A stretch of DNA of 64,000 nt, taken from assembly GCF_009914755.1 (NCBI RefSeq), contig NC_060943.1. One strand, given 5' to 3'. The notes under the pieces were generated by a model. It saw only the letters and a list, made by a program, of their open reading frames with translations. It did not search any database and was not told the DNA's origin. This DNA is from the human T2T-CHM13v2.0 reference genome, Homo sapiens. Below, one piece after another: positions 62,759-64,000 of the stretch (position 1 is its first letter; the number at the start of each line of letters is the position of its first letter). The position numbers and the translations under genes are program-made.

Positions 62759-63271
62759 GTGAGGCCACCACCCCTTCCCCGCCGTGTCTCTAGGACCCTG
62801 GCCGGCTCCTCTCATGACGCACCCCTGGTTGGGGGGTGGTCCCAGTACCCCATACACAGACCTCACCCCTTCCTGTCCCACCCCAATCCTCTATTAAGGC
62901 TTCACTTGGGGATTCTCGGACCTTGCCCTCTGCTGTTCATCCCCAATTTTTTTCCCAAGTTTTGTCCTTATTCCCAGAGCACTCCCGCTTTCTCCCAGCT
63001 CCGCCTAAATGCTATTCCAAGATGCCCAGATCCCGCCCCAACAATGCTCCACCCACTCTGGTTGTTCCGCGTCTAGGGTCCCACCCTCAACCTCCCGTAG
63101 ATACAGGCGAGGGGGGTCCCAGGCCACGCCTCTCCGTATTATTCCTCCATCACAGCTTTAGTTCTTTGCCTATTTCTCTCTTGCGATCCGCCTGCTCGGC
63201 CCTGCAACCGTGTGTGACTGGAATTCCTAGGCCACGCCCCCCATGAGCGACCCGTCTCAGCGTCTCTTTGG

Positions 63272-63284
63272 CCTTTTTCTTTCT

Positions 63285-63317
<33 letters not shown>

Positions 63318-63586
63318 CAGGCTCTTGCTCTCTCACCCAGGCTAGAGTGCAATGGCGCGATCTCGGCTAACGGCAACCTCCGCCTCCCAGATTCAAGCGA
63401 TTCTCCTGCCTCAGCCTCCTGAGTAGCTGGGATTACAGGCATAATTTTTGTATTTTGTATTTTTTTTAGTAGAGACGGGGTTGTGCCATATGGGCAAGGC
63501 TGGTCTCGAACTCCTGGTCTCAAGCGATCCGCCCTCTTCTGCTTCCCGAAGTGCTGGGATTTCAGGCGTGAGCCACCGCGTCCAGG
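63272..63586 (-). mobile_element. Alu in REX1BD intron 3
   Basis: Alu consensus with a poly-T head on the + strand. Confidence 0.9.
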
Positions 63587-63920
63587 CTTTTTGGCCTACT
63601 TTTATCCTGGGTCCCCGTCCCTGGGACCATGAGGCGCAACCTAACCCACCCCTACGGCCAATGCCTGGCTAATACGTCACTGTTGTTCCCAGGCCACGCC
63701 CACATCGCGCTCAGCACTGCCTCTGGCCTGCCTGCTGTCTCCTTTCTGAGAGAGCTTCTAAACTGAATTTCGGACTCTTCCTACACAAAGCACTGCCCCT
63801 CGTGGTTCTACCCGGGCACTGCCTTTCTGGGTGCCTCTGTTTTTTCCTGAACATCCTTGGAGGGCAGGGGGTGGGTTCTGCTCGTGGAGACATCCTTCGT
63901 GTTGCTCATTCCCCCACCAG

Positions 63921-64000
63921 GTGGCCCTGCTGCAGTTGATGGAGACGCCAGAGCTGGCGGGGCAGGAGGACGCTGTACGGATGCAGCAGCTGAAAATGAA
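63921..64000 (+). CDS. REX1BD: REX1BD exon 4, running off the window end ([26 protein letters not shown]...)
   Basis: caccag|GTG acceptor; phase 0 continues from exon 3. Confidence 0.88.

Larger units (their letters stand above)
61550..62800 (+). promoter_or_regulatory. REX1BD CpG island (promoter through exon 3)
   Basis: Dense CpG, GC boxes and CGGAAG motifs. Confidence 0.8.

Noticed and set aside
62153-63076. 307-aa ORF spanning REX1BD intron 2 to intron 3
   Set aside because: It starts at the GTG of the splice donor. True retention of intron 2 hits TGA immediately (GAG TGA), so only the exon 3 part is credible.

Overview
Primate genomic DNA, most likely human. The gene order and translated proteins match my recollection of chr19p13.11. 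The window is GC-rich and extremely Alu-dense. It holds four spliced genes whose exons I reconstructed by hand from splice sites and codon phase: FKBP8 (minus strand, complete, 412/413 aa), KXD1 (plus, complete, 176 aa), UBA52 (plus, complete, 128-aa ubiquitin-eL40) and the 5' part of REX1BD/C19orf60 (plus, cut off by the window end). Between UBA52 and REX1BD sits a full-length, decayed ~10.75-kb class I (HERV9/HERV-W-related) provirus with two LTRs, a 4-bp CTAA TSD, a tRNA-Pro-like PBS and six internal Alus. Best leads: (1) splicing the KXD1 exon 4 donor to the UBA52 exon 2 acceptor is exactly in frame, predicting a KxDL-ubiquitin-eL40 read-through protein that could be processed into a conjugatable KxDL-Ub; (2) inverted Alus flank FKBP8 exon pairs whose back-spliced circles carry junction-spanning ORFs of 127 and 72 aa; (3) a 96-bp copy of KXD1 exon 5 lies in the preceding intron; (4) the provirus has an unusual PBS, a decayed pre-gag ORF and a lost gag stop. 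Almost all other ORFs in the supplied track are Alu-derived or antisense artefacts.
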